Assembly: GCA_013265495.1 (NCBI GenBank) | Contig: MU057719.1 | Span: forward strand, 186,001 to 250,000 | Direction: 5' to 3' | Origin: Vicugna vicugna | Lineage: Eukaryota | Length of the DNA: 64,000 nt | Part shown: piece after piece, positions 1-12,900 of the stretch | Numbering within the stretch: the first letter of the stretch is position 1 | Layout of the letters: each line of letters opens with the position of its first letter | Notes under the pieces: generated by a model | Told to the model about the DNA's origin: nothing | What the model saw: the letters and a program-made list of their open reading frames with translations, nothing else | Databases searched by the model: none | Program-made: the position numbers and the translations under genes

Positions 1-350
1 CTGTGGCTGCGTGAGCTCCAGTGTGGCCGCCGGGCTGGGCTCAGGCAGCCTGGGGCCGTGCAGGTGGCTGCACACCCGGGGCTGGTGGATGCTGACAGAG
101 GGCAGTGCCTCTGGACGGGACCCGGAGGAGAAAGGACTTGGCGGCAGGCACCCAGGAGCCCCAGGCCCGGGTCTCGTGGCCCAGGACCAGCTACCACCGC
201 TGTCGGGGCAGCCAGGTGCCTTGCCTGGACCCAGCCCCGGCCAGGGTGAGGCCAGCAGGCCCTCCGCCACCCGCCCCGTCCAGGGCGGCCGGCTTCCAGA
301 CCGAGCCCGGAAGACCCCATGGGAACAGAGGCGAACTGAACGGGTGTGTT

Positions 351-356
351 TTTAAA
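351..356 (-). terminator. Candidate variant polyadenylation signal TTTAAA
   Basis: TTTAAA lies about 20 nt upstream of the inferred 3' end. I saw no sense-strand AATAAA in the distal UTR. Confidence 0.45.
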
Positions 357-490
357 CACTCGTGTTTTGCTCGTTTCTCCTCTCACGTTTTTCTCTGCGT
401 TTCCCTTTTCCACAATTCTAACACCATTGTTCGTCAATCCCCGGCACCTGCGGCCGCGATGTTTTGAGAACAATCACGTAGGGAAGTAAT

Positions 491-498
491 TTCACAGT
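491..498 (-). promoter_or_regulatory. miR-27 8mer site (ACTGTGAA), also a miR-128 7mer-A1 site
   Basis: Plus-strand TTCACAGT reads ACTGTGAA on the mRNA, inside an AT-rich distal UTR block. RXRA is a reported miR-27 and miR-128 target. Confidence 0.65.
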
Positions 499-3400
499 CA
501 GAGTCGCGGGAAGGCCAGCTGGCAACAGGGACAGAACAGAGCGAGGCGTAAAAATTACTCGAAAGGGGAAGAAAACCCTTGAAAGCTTCAGGCCCACCCT
601 CCTGCCCCAGCGGGAGAAGACCCATGCGCAGAGGTTTCGTACGAAGCCTGAGTCCCAGGAGCCCCTCTCTCTGCTGCGTCTCCTGTCGAGACATCCGCGG
701 AGAAAGCCTCCACCTCCATCTCTAACAGCAGAAACAAAACAAGCCCCCCGTCACACCCTCCAAGTACACATGAGGGATAAAATTACATTTGTACAAAAAT
801 AGATTTTTTTTCTACCTTTCCCGATGCTTTACACACCTCTCTTCTCTGTCTGGCCTCCTCTCTAGAGTGTGAGCTACACATCCTGGCTAAGGCGCTGCTG
901 AGGGCTGGGAACTGCTAAAGCTGCTGGCTCCAAAGCATCTTAAAATAGATGCACGTCCTTGCCTTGAGATATTCATTCGAACCCGGATTTCACTAAAGGA
1001 AGGGTCCTTATGTACTTGCTTACATTAAGGAAATTTATAGGAAAACGGGGGGAAATCTTAATTAAAAATGAACACAGAAATGCTGGAAACCGCTCAGCAT
1101 GTACTGTGTGGATGGTGTGCGGGTCTGTGCACACAGGCTCCCTGCATAGCACACACGCTTCACACCACACACCTGCGTGGGCAGGGACAGGCCACGCGCC
1201 CTCATTCCATGATGGGGACAACATCAGCTGATGACACCGGCCGCGCGCCCCAGCCAGGCCCTCCCGGGAGCCCGGCAGAGAAGGGGGCTCCAGCGTGGTC
1301 TCCAACTCTTGCTACCGGCCTGACAGCCCGAATCCTTTGGGGACTCCGAGACTTGGAAAGCCGAGGGCGTGGAGCTGTCTTCCCCCAGGTGACGAGGGCC
1401 ATCTCGGACACGGGAGCCTCTCGGTGGCGGCCCCCAGGCAGGCCGGCTTCCCAGGAGATCCCTGACGCGGGACGAGCCCGAGCCTGGCTCAGCCGACACC
1501 TTCCCCCACAGGACGCGGTCATCTTCGCTCCACAGCTGCGGGAGCCCCGTCTGATGTCAACGCGGGAGGTGACGCCGGCAGGCAAGGCGGGATGGGCACA
1601 GGACGGCTAGCACGCTGATGTTAGTGCTATCTTTAGAAAATTAAAGATTGTCCCACCGAAACAATAATAAAAATAATAATAATTACAAAAAAATCACCGT
1701 AACTGAACCAGATTGGTGACACTACTGCAGGTCTGGTTAAATAGAAACGCTGCCTCTACCGAGTAACGTGCAGCCTCCCCACATCACCTCTCCAACAGCA
1801 CTGCAGGGACAGCAAGGGTGACAGCGGGCTGATGAGGGAGGAAAGGGCGGCCCCAGGAGCCCAAGACACCGAGTGGCCGGAGGGGCTGGGAGCTCTGGCT
1901 GTGGGAGGGGCTGTCCCAGGGGCCTCAGTGCTTTGCTGGCAGCCAGCCGGAGGCCGACCTCCACCTAGAGGGCCCCACCCTGGGTTTCTCCATTGGAGCC
2001 ACCACGTTCCTGTTTCTGAGGGGCCCAGGGAAGCGGGGTGGGGGGGCTGGGCGTGGGTGGCGGGGTGCATCTGGCTGCAGAAGGCACCAGGGGTGTCGGG
2101 GGTGGGGCAGCCCAACGTTCCCACAAGCAGGGGGACCCCCAAGGGTGCCTGCATCACTCTGCCTGATACAACCAAGCCCCCAAGGGCTGCCGAGACGTCC
2201 AGGGGCAGTTTGGGAGGAGAGACAATGGGCAGGCCCCGGCACGCCCATCTCTGCCTCAAATGGTGCACGGGGACTCCCCGTGTGGCAGCCACCGCCTCTC
2301 CTGCCTATTAGGGCGGGGTGCCAGAGGAAGGAGGTGTTTGCGGTATCCCCCGTACCTTCTGCCACGGTGCCCCACGCTCAGCTGGGGCCAGACTCTGGAA
2401 GGCAAAGAATGGACACTTCCTTCCCCATGGAGGCCTGGGGCCAGTAAGGCCCCGCCAGGGGCACCCCCGCACCACCTGGGGACAGACCTGGGGGCAGGCA
2501 GCTCCAACCCCGCCCTCCAGCCCTGTTCCCGGGCTCCTGTTGGGGGCAGCAGGAGGGAAGACAGGCGTGACACAGCATCCCCTGGGGGGCTAAGACGGGA
2601 CCCCACCCTGCCCACCCAGCTCAGGCCCCCACTTCTGACAAAGGCCCGGCTCACGGGGAGTGAGGCATGAAAATGCGAAGTACTCAGACCAGAGGGAGGG
2701 CTTACAGTGCAGAGGAGGCTGGTTCCACCTGAGAGCGCCCCGCTCCGGGGCAGAGCGCCTGCCTGCGGGGGTGAAACGTGCAGGGCCGGGCGCGGGGCTG
2801 CGTGGGGCAGTCGATGGGCCCCCAGACAGGGCTCCGTCACCCGTCACCCCAACAAGACGACCACAGGTCTGGCCGTCCCCAAGGGGTGTCCAGCCCTGGC
2901 CCGAGGATGCTGGCACCTGATTCCAAGACTCTTCAGGACAGAGCAGCCAGCAAAGGGGACTCTGCCCAGAAAGCTCCAGCATGTGGCCCGCCCCTCCACC
3001 ACCTGGCCCCGTGCCCACGCCGCCCGCCTCCTCCCTGTGCAGGGCTGACCAAAGACCCTCTGGGCAGTGACCCTCCTCCCACCACATGCCCGCAGGCCTC
3101 CTGGGTGGTGACCTCTGCCCTTAAGAGGTGAGCAGAGCCCACACTGGGATGGGCCCCTGCTGCTTCCAGGAAGCCAGAGACCGGGCCTGCCCTCCGCAGA
3201 CTAACGGGTCCAGGGTTGGGCAGGGGCTGGGGCCATGCGGTCTGGTTACCCTGGCTGGACAGGGGCACACTGGGGAAGAAGCTGAAACCAGGATGATGCA
3301 AAGAGAAAACTGAGGTGGGGCAGGTGGATGACCCCTGCCTGCAGCCTTGAGGCGGCCCCAAAACCCCGCACAGAGGTCAGCTCCCGTTCTGGCTGGCTCA

Positions 3401-3969
3401 GGGGCAAAGTCAAAAGTCATCTTTGGAAAAAGGGGCCGCTCACCCTCCACGCTGACAGAAGGCAAGGCTGCCTGCCCCGAGCCCTCCCATCTTCCCGGGG
3501 GGCAGGTGGGGTCTTCTGCAATGAAACACCAGCCCCCGCCCCGTCCCCTTGCCACCTGTTCCCTTCTCCCAGCCTTGGTGGGGCCGACACCAGCACACAC
3601 AGTAGGGCTCATGGGAGATTTCCAAAACCAGCAACAACTGACTGTGACCGAACGAGCCGCCCTCCGACCGCTGCAGCTCCAGTGGCGAGGGCCTGAGGCC
3701 CCGCGAGCCGCCCGGGCTCCCGGGGGACAGCCTGGCGGGCCTGGCCGGGCTCACGCCAGCTCCTGCCACTCCGGCTGCTGCCCCGGTGCGGACGAGGAGT
3801 ACTGAGAACAAGGAGGGTGCAGCACGTCTCTGAGGCTTTGCGATGGCAGGCCGCACCCCCGAGGCCAACAGCCAGGTGGAGAAGGGGTGGGACGGGGCTC
3901 GGCCGGGAGGGGCAGCTGGCAGCCAGGCGGGGCGGCCGGACCAGCGGGTGCGAAGGACGGCCGGTGGGC

Positions 3970-4117
3970 CTAAGTCATTTGGTGCGGGGCTTCCAGCATC
4001 TCCATGAGGAAGGTGTCGATGGGCGTGTCCCCAATGAGTTTGAAGAAGAAGAGATGTTCCAGGCACTTGAGGCCGATGGAGCGCAGGGCCGGCAGGCGCA
4101 GCAGGAGCTTGGCAAAC
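3970..4117 (-). CDS. RXRA: RXRA exon 10 coding part (helices 10-12, AF-2) with TAG stop
   Basis: cgcag|GTTTGCC; 148 nt; [48 protein letters not shown]. Confidence 0.98.
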
Positions 4118-5347
4118 CTGCGGAAGAGGAGCCGGCGTGAGGGGCCGGCGAGGCCCCCCACCCTACGCCCGGTCCCGGGAAGGGACCACCTCACTGCCCA
4201 GTCCCCCTGCCTGAGCCGAGCCTTGGCAGGGAAGGGGGAATCTCTCAGGCAGAGGAAACAGCAGGCCAGTGCCTGGAGGCGGAAGAGTGCAGGGTGGGTG
4301 CAAAGACCCTGCAAGGAGACCCCAAGGGTGGAGACTGGGGATGAAGGGCCAGAGGCAAGACAGCACCCAGGCGGGAGCAGGCTGAACAGGGCTTCGTGGG
4401 GCTTCCTCCAGGGGCGAGAGGGAACCACAGCAGGGCTTTAAGCAGGGAGGGGGGCTACAAGAAGGGGCCTGAGGATCAGCGCTGCCTCTGGCTGCAGCGG
4501 GGAACGAAGGTGGAGAAACCCCTGAGCTTGGATCAGGTCTGGGCTCCAGCAGGCCCTTCTTAGACAGCTCCGACCTCCAGGGTGACCGCCATCAGCACCC
4601 ACCGCCCAGAAAGAGCCATGCTAAAGCTGAGCCAGGGGCACCTGGTGCCCGGGGGCGGGGCGGGAGGGAGGGAGGGGGGCTCCTCAGGCCCTGCTGGCTG
4701 GCTCCCCGCCCCCCCCATGCCCCGAAGTTGCTGGTGAGAACTCTGGTGGGGCAGGGAAGGGGGAAGACGGCTGGGGGTACTCCGCTGTTCTGCCACTGAG
4801 GACCCTCCGGAGCTGCGGGGCCCTATTAATTATTAACAATGTCTGTATTTCGGGGGGGAAGCTCCGGGCTTGGCTGCAACACAGCCTGCGTTTTAAAGGC
4901 AAAAATGCAGCTTAGAAGCTGGACCGAGGCCAGAGAACAAGCTGTTTTCTGCTGAGCTGGCGAGACGGGCTGGGCCAGGAAGCCAGGAAAAACAGGAGGG
5001 CCTGCTGCCCCTCTGTCCTCCTCCTCCGGGAAGTTTCATTTAAACCAAACCAGATGAGGCTGAGCAGAAGCAGGACACGGTTAACCATGTGTGCGCCAGT
5101 CGGCAGGGTGGTCAGGGGAAGGAGGAGGCCTGGTCTCGGAGGCCCCCACCCCGTCCCAGAAGGTGCCCCTTGGAGGGGGGAGAATCAGGACTACAGATGC
5201 AGAATGCCAGGAAGCCACTCATGTTCTCCCTTCTCTTGGACCCCCACTGTGCATCCGGCACCGTGGACCCGGAAGTGAGACAATTCCAGCCCTTCTGGGG
5301 CCCACAGTCCGCCAGGCAAGAGAGCCAAGCTCTGCACTCAGACTGTG

Positions 5348-5510
5348 CGTGAGTTTGTAAAGCACCTACTACGTGCTGGCGTCCATCCCTGCTGGGCGAG
5401 CACGCTAAGGCCCTGCCTCCAGCAGTTCCCTTTGGCGAGAGGTGGAAAGCACTGCCTTTGTTCATGGGCTCCACAGAGACAAGCACCTACTGTGTGCTGG
5501 CACCAGGCCC
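5348..5510 (-). mobile_element. L2 3'-end relic(s)
   Basis: Two copies of AGCACCTACT(A/G)(C/T)GTGCTGGC, resembling the reverse complement of the L2/MIR tail. Confidence 0.5.
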
Positions 5511-5712
5511 ACCTCTGCTGGAGCCACAGGACAACGTGAGAGCATAGTGCTCGGGCCAGGAGAGCGCCTTGACTCCTGCCCTCGATGGAGGAGGGGTACC
5601 AACTTCTAATTCACAGAAGTGCCCAGCGGGCAGGTGGTGGTCCTGCCCTGGGCAGGGGGTCTGGAAAGAGCCCTGGAGGTCCGTCCGGGCAGAGGCTGCG
5701 CCCAGGTCTCAC

Positions 5713-5818
5713 CTTCCCGGCTGCTCCGGGTACTTGTGTTTGCAGTACGCCTCCAGGGACGCGTAGACCTTCTCACGGAGCGCCTCCACCTCGGCCGGGT
5801 TCGAGAGCCCCTTGGAGT
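5713..5818 (-). CDS. RXRA: RXRA exon 9 (LBD)
   Basis: cag|ACTCC ... GGAAG|GTGAGA; 106 nt; [35 protein letters not shown]. Confidence 0.98.
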
Positions 5819-7372
5819 CTGGGAGGGAGCAGGGCCTCAGGTCAGAGCTTGTCCCCGGGAAGGGGGCTGCCCCTGGGACCCACAGATCCTGCCCAGACAT
5901 CGTGCCCTGTGCTTGAGCCCCAGCCCTGCCACGACCTAAGGCCAGTCCCCTGACCTCCTGTCACTCAGCTGCCCAATCTGTAAAGTGGGACTGCTGCCCT
6001 GACCGCTCCTTGCTGCCATGGAGACCGGGCTGACTCCTGAGGCCTCTGCTGCACTGGCTCCCAGCCCCTCTGAGCTGGATGAAGGCTCCAAAGCCTCTCC
6101 TTGAAACAGCCGGACCCACGCTGCAGGGGGGCCTCAAGCCATCTTCAGCTCTGGGACCCTGGGGGTGGGTCCCAGTGTGGAAGGGGCTCCGCTGGTGGAC
6201 AGGGATGCCTGGGACGAGGGCCAAAAAACCTCCAAGGCCCAGGACTGAGGACTGAGGACCGCAGGCTGTCCCCAGGTCACCTCGGCGGGCTGTCACAGGC
6301 CGCCCTGGAGCAGGCAGAGCCCCCAGCCAGGTAAAGCTTTGCTGAGCCTTCTCTTCGTCTCCCGTGGTTCCCCTACAAGCCAACGCCGGACCAACTTTTC
6401 TCTCTGCCCCCTGCCCCACAACAGCCACCACGGGAATCAGGATTCGGGCTCCCGCAGAGGAGTCTGGCCCCAGCCGGGCGTGGTCCATCCTGATGGCAGG
6501 GGGGCCACCTGCCGCTGGCCGGCAAGTGCTGCAGCCCCCTGGGGGCTGGGCCGTGGGGCAGGCCAGCTGCGAAGGCGTCTCTGAGCCCCAGCCCGGGGGC
6601 CCTGCCCCGGCCTGCCTGGCCCTCTGACATCCCAGCAGGGGCACCGCGCAGCTGCTCTCCACAGCCGGGCTCCCCGGGCCCTGGGGCTGTGCCCGCTGTG
6701 GCCGTCTCCCTTCTGTCCCCAGCGGCCCCACACCCAGGCCCCAACAGAAGAACCAGGGCCCGCGGCCAAGCCACATAGGATTCCAACAGGGATCCCGCCG
6801 GGGCCAGGCCAGGGCTCACAGCTCAGCCTCCCATCCTGGCAGGGTCACACGCCAGAGCACAAACCCTGTGAACAAACGCCCCTGGGAACAGCTGTCCCCA
6901 CGAGGGGGCCGCGTCTCCACCCCAGCCGGCCCCTCAGTGCTGGAGCCAATGGAGAGCAAGGAGGTCAGGGCCCGCGAACCCTGGGGCTGTCCCACCCTCA
7001 CCACCGCCTGCTTGGTTCCCTGCACCTCCCCCCAGAAGCCCGCAGCAGCCCTGAACCTGCCCCGTGTCCCCGTCCAGCCCCAGACCATCCGGGGTCCAGA
7101 ACGTCAGCCGTGGAGGCGCATGAAGAGGCTGCCTCTCCTGGAGCCCGGATTCTGGGCCAGGTGGTGCCACGCTTTGGACAGTGCCCAGAAGGCCTGGCCA
7201 GAGGCCTCCCGAACCACGGAGGATGAGCTTGGCCAACTGAGCCGTGCTGGACCCTCACAAGGGCCTCGAGAAGGCGGCACGGCTGCACCCCCATCCTAAG
7301 AGCGACATGGAGGCCGGGGGTGGGGGCGGCTCGCCAACACAGCAGCACCAGCGGGCGGCGGGAAGGCAGTAC

Positions 7373-7464
7373 CGGGGTTGAAGAGGACGATGGCGCGCAG
7401 GCAGCCCAGCTCCGTCTTGTCCATCTGCATGTCCCGCATCTTGGACACAAGCTCCGTCAGCACC
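7373..7464 (-). CDS. RXRA: RXRA exon 8 (LBD)
   Basis: cag|GGTGCTG ... CCCG|GTACTG; 92 nt; [31 protein letters not shown]. Confidence 0.97.
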
Positions 7465-8673
7465 CTGAGGGGGAAGCGGCCAGATCCAAGTCAGGCTGTG
7501 TCCCCCAGGGCCCCCTAGAAACCCCCGAAGGACTCCGGGAGCCCGACGTGGGCCTGGAGGGCAGCTGAGACGGGCCGACGGTCTCCACGCACAACCTGTC
7601 CGGTCCCAGCCCCAGGGTGAGCGCCTCTCCCCTCACCAGAAAGGGTCTGCACGTGGGACTTTACTCTGGGAACCTGGGGACAGCTGAGGCGAGCCAGAGC
7701 TCAGCTGCAGACCAGGCACGGTCTAGCCCTGCTGCCCCCATTCCGACCGCCACCTCGAGCCCATGGGAGGCCGTCTCCCTGGCTCCTGGCTCCTCCTGGT
7801 CGCTCCACTTCCCACCACCGGCCACTCATCACATGCCCTTCACCGTCGCCTCCCAGCATCTGGGACCCCTGGACGGCCAGCTGCTGCATGGCTGGGGCTG
7901 AGCTTGAAGACACCCCCCCAGAGGGACACGCTCCCCACAGGAAGCTCTGTGGGCAACGAACGCTGCCCCCCGCAGCCCCCTTGGGTGGCGCCCCTGCACT
8001 TGCGTTTACTAAAGGCCCTGAAACGTCCTGCAGCAAAGACGTCTACACACTGTCTGCACCAGCGCCCGCCCGCAGTACGCGGCGCATGGAAGTCAGAGGG
8101 GCGGCACAGCTCCCACACTTACCCCCAGGGGGCGCCGGCAGGGGACCCGTCCCTCCACCTCCTCCCCGGCCTGCTCCTTCCCCCTCGCCACTCCTGGGCA
8201 GCAGCCCCCCTCCGAGGGGCCCGCGCCGGCTGGCTGCGCCGACGCCCAGGTCCCCAGGGGCCCCAGGCCCTCTGGGCTCCCAGACAAGACCAGCCGGAGA
8301 CAGGAACGGGCAGCTCCTGGCCGCCTGGCCTGGTGCAGCCGACGGGCTGTGCTTCCGAGAGCACCTGAAGGCCACGCCCGCCCGCCGACCAGCCCCAGGC
8401 CTCCGGGTGTGAGCTGAGAAGCGGCAGCGGCGCACAGAGGTGTGTGCTAGTCCCGGCTCAGAAGAGGCCCTGTCGTGGCCGATGTGACAGCCACCGTGAA
8501 ACTGTATCCACGGCGTAATCTACCTTCGCTTTAGAAACAGTGCAGCCTTCCTCCCCACATGCAGGGTTTAAAGAGGGAATGGGCGGGGAATAAACCAAAA
8601 TGCTAACTGTGGCTGTCGGGTCCCCCCATGGTCCACGTGCAAAACCTTCAGGAACAGGACGGACACCGGGCAC

Positions 8674-8806
8674 CTGTCAAAGATGGCGCCCACGCCCGCG
8701 CTGTGGGCGCTGTTGCGGTGGACGTGCAGCCCGGTGGCCAGGAGGATACCGTCCTTCACGGCTATGGAGCGGTGGGAGAAGGACGCGATGAGCAGCTCGT
8801 TCCAGC
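8674..8806 (-). CDS. RXRA: RXRA exon 7 (LBD)
   Basis: cag|GCTGG ... GACAG|GTGCCC; 133 nt; [44 protein letters not shown]. Confidence 0.98.
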
Positions 8807-9569
8807 CTGCGGGGAGGAGGTGCACGCGGTCACCGCTGTCTCCAGGCCCCCAGCCACCCAGCCCCCAGCCCCCAACCCCCGTTCAGACCTCCAAAGGCGG
8901 CTCTCACACACCCATCCCTCTGGGAACCCAAGCCAGGAATCCAGGGAACCCCAACCCCTTGAACATTCCACAGAAAGGAGGTTCCCGAGCACTGGCGCCT
9001 GGGAGATGCCTCTACAGTGCGCATGGGCACAACAAAGGCCCTGAGGAGTCCTGTGCAGAGCATCTCCTGAAGCGCAGTTGAACCCCAGCCCTCCCAAACT
9101 CGGGTGCCGGGGAAGTCTCTGTCTGCAAATGCAAGATGCTTGTGCCACAGAGCGAGAGGGAGGTCCCACGACCCTTTCTGGGCAGCCGCACAGCAGCTGC
9201 CACCAGTCTGGTCCCAATGGCAAACTCCCAAAGATCGGCACGTGCTGCGTGAATGCCACAAAACAGGAAGTTATTAAACTGAAAAAAGGCATCTTGGAGC
9301 CACAGGCCAACTCACGCTCCCTGTAAGTGAGGCCCTGGCGTGCACAGACCAGAGTGGGTATGAGGGCTGGGAGCAGGGATGGGAACAACTCCGTGCTCAG
9401 ACGCTTCAATGCTGCTGTGAACTGGAGCACGTGAACCATCTCCCCTAAGGACACCACTAGTGACTGTCACGGCCACCACTCCCGAGGGCTCCAAAGGGTC
9501 CAGGCTCCATGGCTGACAGACAGTATCATGTGGATCATCCCACCTAATCCTGACTCAACCCGACAAAGC

Positions 9570-9640
9570 AAGTACCTGCCTCATTTTACAGAGGGGAAAA
9601 CTGAGGCCCAGGGAGAGGAAGGGGTTGCCCCGTCAGAGAA
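9570..9640 (-). mobile_element. MIR core relic
   Basis: CTCATTTTACAGAGGGGAAAACTGAGGCCCAGGGAGAGG resembles CCCATTTTACAGATGAGGAAACTGAGGCTCAGAGAGG. Confidence 0.7.
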
Positions 9641-10316
9641 TCGGGAAGAGACCCCAGCGCCTCTTCGACAGCCTCCCCTGATGGCTCTGGGTGCTGGGTT
9701 TTAGAGTGAAGGCTCTTCAGGGCTGGGCTGCCCCCCAGCACAGGCCTGGGGCACGCTGGTCAGGAGGCGGCTGCTGAGGGGGCTGCAGCCCTCTCCCCGC
9801 GCCTCCCAGCTCATCCGTCCCTGCTGTCCCTCCGGCAGGAACTTGCACCCTGGATCCCAGCCTCACAGCGGACACCGGCTTCCCCTCGGCACGTCCGTCA
9901 TGACCACTTCTGGGACTCAGGCCTGACCCCACGCCCGAAGTGGACGCTCCCCACAGCGGCCCGGCACCCCCGTGGGGCCCCGCTCAGTCTCGGGAGATGT
10001 GTGTCACAAGCACAGGCCAGGAAAGGGGAGGAGGCAGAACACACAGACCCCTAAGGGCAGCCCCTGCTGCACACGCCTCCTTCTCCACGGCCCCTCCAGA
10101 CAGCCCTTTACCTCTCTGAAGGCCACCAGCAGAGACCCCAAACTTACTATGCCCCTATGAGGCAGGTGAGGGAAACTGAGCTGGAGGGGGCAGTGCTGGA
10201 GCAGGACCCCGGCCCTGGGTCCCCAGGCACCCTCCCCCCTACAGCCCCACACAGCAGGAGAGAGGGGTTGCCCCAACCCCGTCCCTGCATCCCCGCCCCC
10301 CAGGCCCGCCACTCAC

Positions 10317-10446
10317 CTGCCCTCAGCAGGATGACCTGGTCGTCCAGGGGCAGCTCGGAGAAGTGCGGGATCCGCTTGGCCCACTCCACCAAGGTGAACA
10401 GCTGCTTGTCCGCCGCTTGGCAAATGTTGGTGACGGGGTCGTTGGG
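10317..10446 (-). CDS. RXRA: RXRA exon 6 (LBD)
   Basis: cag|CCCAAC ... GCAG|GTGAGT; 130 nt; [44 protein letters not shown]. Confidence 0.98.
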
Positions 10447-12900
10447 CTGGGGGAGGGGCACGCAGTGAGCGCCACAAGGAGAGCGTGGCCCCAGACCAGG
10501 CCCCCCATGCTCTACCCATGGAGGCGGAACAACACCCCCCAGGACATCCTCGTCCTCACTCCCAGAGCCAGCAAATACACCACTAGTGACAGTGAAAGGA
10601 GCTCTGCAGACGCGATCGAGGTACAGGTTTTGAGGCGGGAGGTTATCCCAGAAGAGGTGGGTGGGCCCAGTGTCATCACGAGGGTCCTTACAAGAGGGAG
10701 GCTGAGGTCAAGGAGAAGATGCTGCCGGCCATGAAGTTAGAGGAAGGGCCTGGAGCCAAGGAGCAGGGGGGCCTCCAGAGCTGGGAGGGGCCAGCACCGG
10801 TGCCCAGATGTGGCCCAGAAATACTGATTTCTCCAGGAGCATAAGAGGAAAATTCGTTGTTACAGGCACATAGGGTGTGGTCACGTGTCCCAGCAGACAC
10901 AGGACAATCGCCCCGTGTTGTGACCCACTGGGTCCACACTGCAGCCCTGGGAGGCAGTGCCGGGCGACTTCGCGTCCCAGACCAGGGAACCGAGACACGG
11001 GAGAGCGTGTGGGGCCGGGATGGGCTCCGCCAGCCCTGCTGGGTTGCTTCTTCCTACCAGACACAGAGGTGGAGCGCAGAACACTGCGGTGCACCAGAGG
11101 CCCTTCCAGAAAGGTCTAGCCAGGAGGTGCCGCCCTGGACATTCTTACAGACCAGGAAAGCCAGGCGGGCCTCAGTGTCCCAGCCTGTGGGGCTCGGAAG
11201 GCGAACCCTCTGGGTCCTGGGGGAACCAAGGCTGGTGCACCGGATGCAGGAATCCCTCATTCCAGAAACCACGACAGCCGACGTCCACGTGAGGGAAGGC
11301 CTCCTCCAAAGAGCCTTCTCTGACAGAAACCATCTGCCCTCCAGTGACGCTCAGTCTAAACAACCCGGCCCCACGCAGGGCCTGCCAAGGGCTCTCGTGG
11401 GAGGCCCAGCGACAGACTGGCACGAGGCCAGCAGGGCAGACGAGGCGGGCATGCAGAAAGGGGGCCTGGGGCCAAGGGAGGGCAGCAGTCGGGGTCCCCG
11501 CAGACCCCAGGGGGAAGGGTGGGCCAGCACTGGCATGCAGACTCCCCCGAAGTCACCTTCACACAGAAGTCCCTGAGCTGTGGGGGGCTGGCACACGTCC
11601 TACAGGGCATCCCCTCCTCCGTCCCCTGCCATCTGCTCCTCTGAGAACCTTCTGGGAGCGATGACCAGAAGCCTGAATACTTGCCAGCCCTGAACACCAC
11701 GTATCTGGCTCAGGTCACCTGTGGGCACACCCCCGCCCCATGCCACCTGACACAGGACGGCAGCCACAGTAGAGGCTGGTCTGCACGGGGTGGCACCCCA
11801 GCAGCGAGCGTGCCAGGGCCATGGCCAGGCTCCACCCCGCAGGGCCCCAGCGGTTTTCTGCCATGTGCAGACCTGGACCTGCTCCCTGCCTTTCCATACC
11901 ACAGGCGGCCCTCCGACGTGAGAGCCCGGGCCAGGGGGATGGGGGCCCGGGAGAGCTGCACAGCGGGGAGGCAGAGGACGTGGGGAAGGCCGGACAAGAG
12001 CCCCAGACTGGAGCCCTTGGATAAGGCCTTCTCCCTGGCCACTGGCAAGCACCCTCTCCGAGTCCTCCAGGGGCCCAGAGCAGGCCGGGGGCACAGGATG
12101 GCACCCTGAGCCCCTCCCAGGCAGGATGGGGCCTCAGAGGTGGGCGCCAGGTCATGTCTAGAACTGAGAACAAGGGGTCTCACCAGAGAGCAGGCATCAC
12201 CTGAGCTCCCGCCCCGTGCCCAGTGCAGGGGCCTTCCCTGTCTTGGGCAGTGACAGCAGGACCCCTAGGGCTCCAGGGGTACCAGCTGCGGCTCGTGCTG
12301 TGGGTCTGAGGGGAGAGGCCTAATGAGACATCCTCAGAGGGGACCAGGTACCCTGCGGGAGGGCAGACCATGCACAGAACCCCCACCCAGCCAGCCCGCC
12401 CGCCTGCCATAGGGGAAACCGCCCTCCTGGTCTGCATTCGTGGAGAGAGCAGACAGCAGACTTGTTTTTTCCAAATAATGTCCTTACTTGACAAAATTAA
12501 AAGCTGGCAGACCTCTGAGATCTCCTAACTTTCCCGTTGGAGTCTCTGCTCAATCATGAAACTCACAGCGGGCCTCCCCCACCCTCCCTGGGACTGGAGA
12601 CGGGGTGTAGGGTGGGGCTGGGACATGGGCCACACAGCACTGTTGAGCATCCAAGCCAGAGAGGGAGGTCAGCCATTCCACAACCAGGGGCGGCACCCCC
12701 AGAAGGAAGGGGTCTGACGGGCCGTGGGCCTGGGGCACCAGGCCTCCCATCACAGGGGTGCAGAGGAGCAGCGGTGGCCTGAGACCACAGGCAAGATGGG
12801 ACCCCCACACTCAGACTGTGGCTGGGGGTCACAGTGAACACCTATGGTTGGGACAGGGTCTCCGTCCCTGACTGCAGCTGGGCAGTGAGGGCAGCCTCAT

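Larger units (their letters stand above)
331..3969 (-). other. RXRA: RXRA 3'UTR (about 3.6 kb)
   Basis: Follows the stop codon and has AT-rich islands (about 340-560, 760-1090, 1620-1750). The minus-strand text gtgagaggagaaac...gtttaaaa...ttcagttcg at 370-331 resembles my recollection of the human RXRA mRNA terminus. The end coordinate is approximate. Confidence 0.75.

Noticed and set aside
785-795. Pumilio element in the 3'UTR
   Set aside because: The sense strand reads TGTACAAA, which does not match UGUAHAUA.
1666-1671. AATAAA as the RXRA poly(A) signal
   Set aside because: It is on the plus strand, antisense to RXRA.
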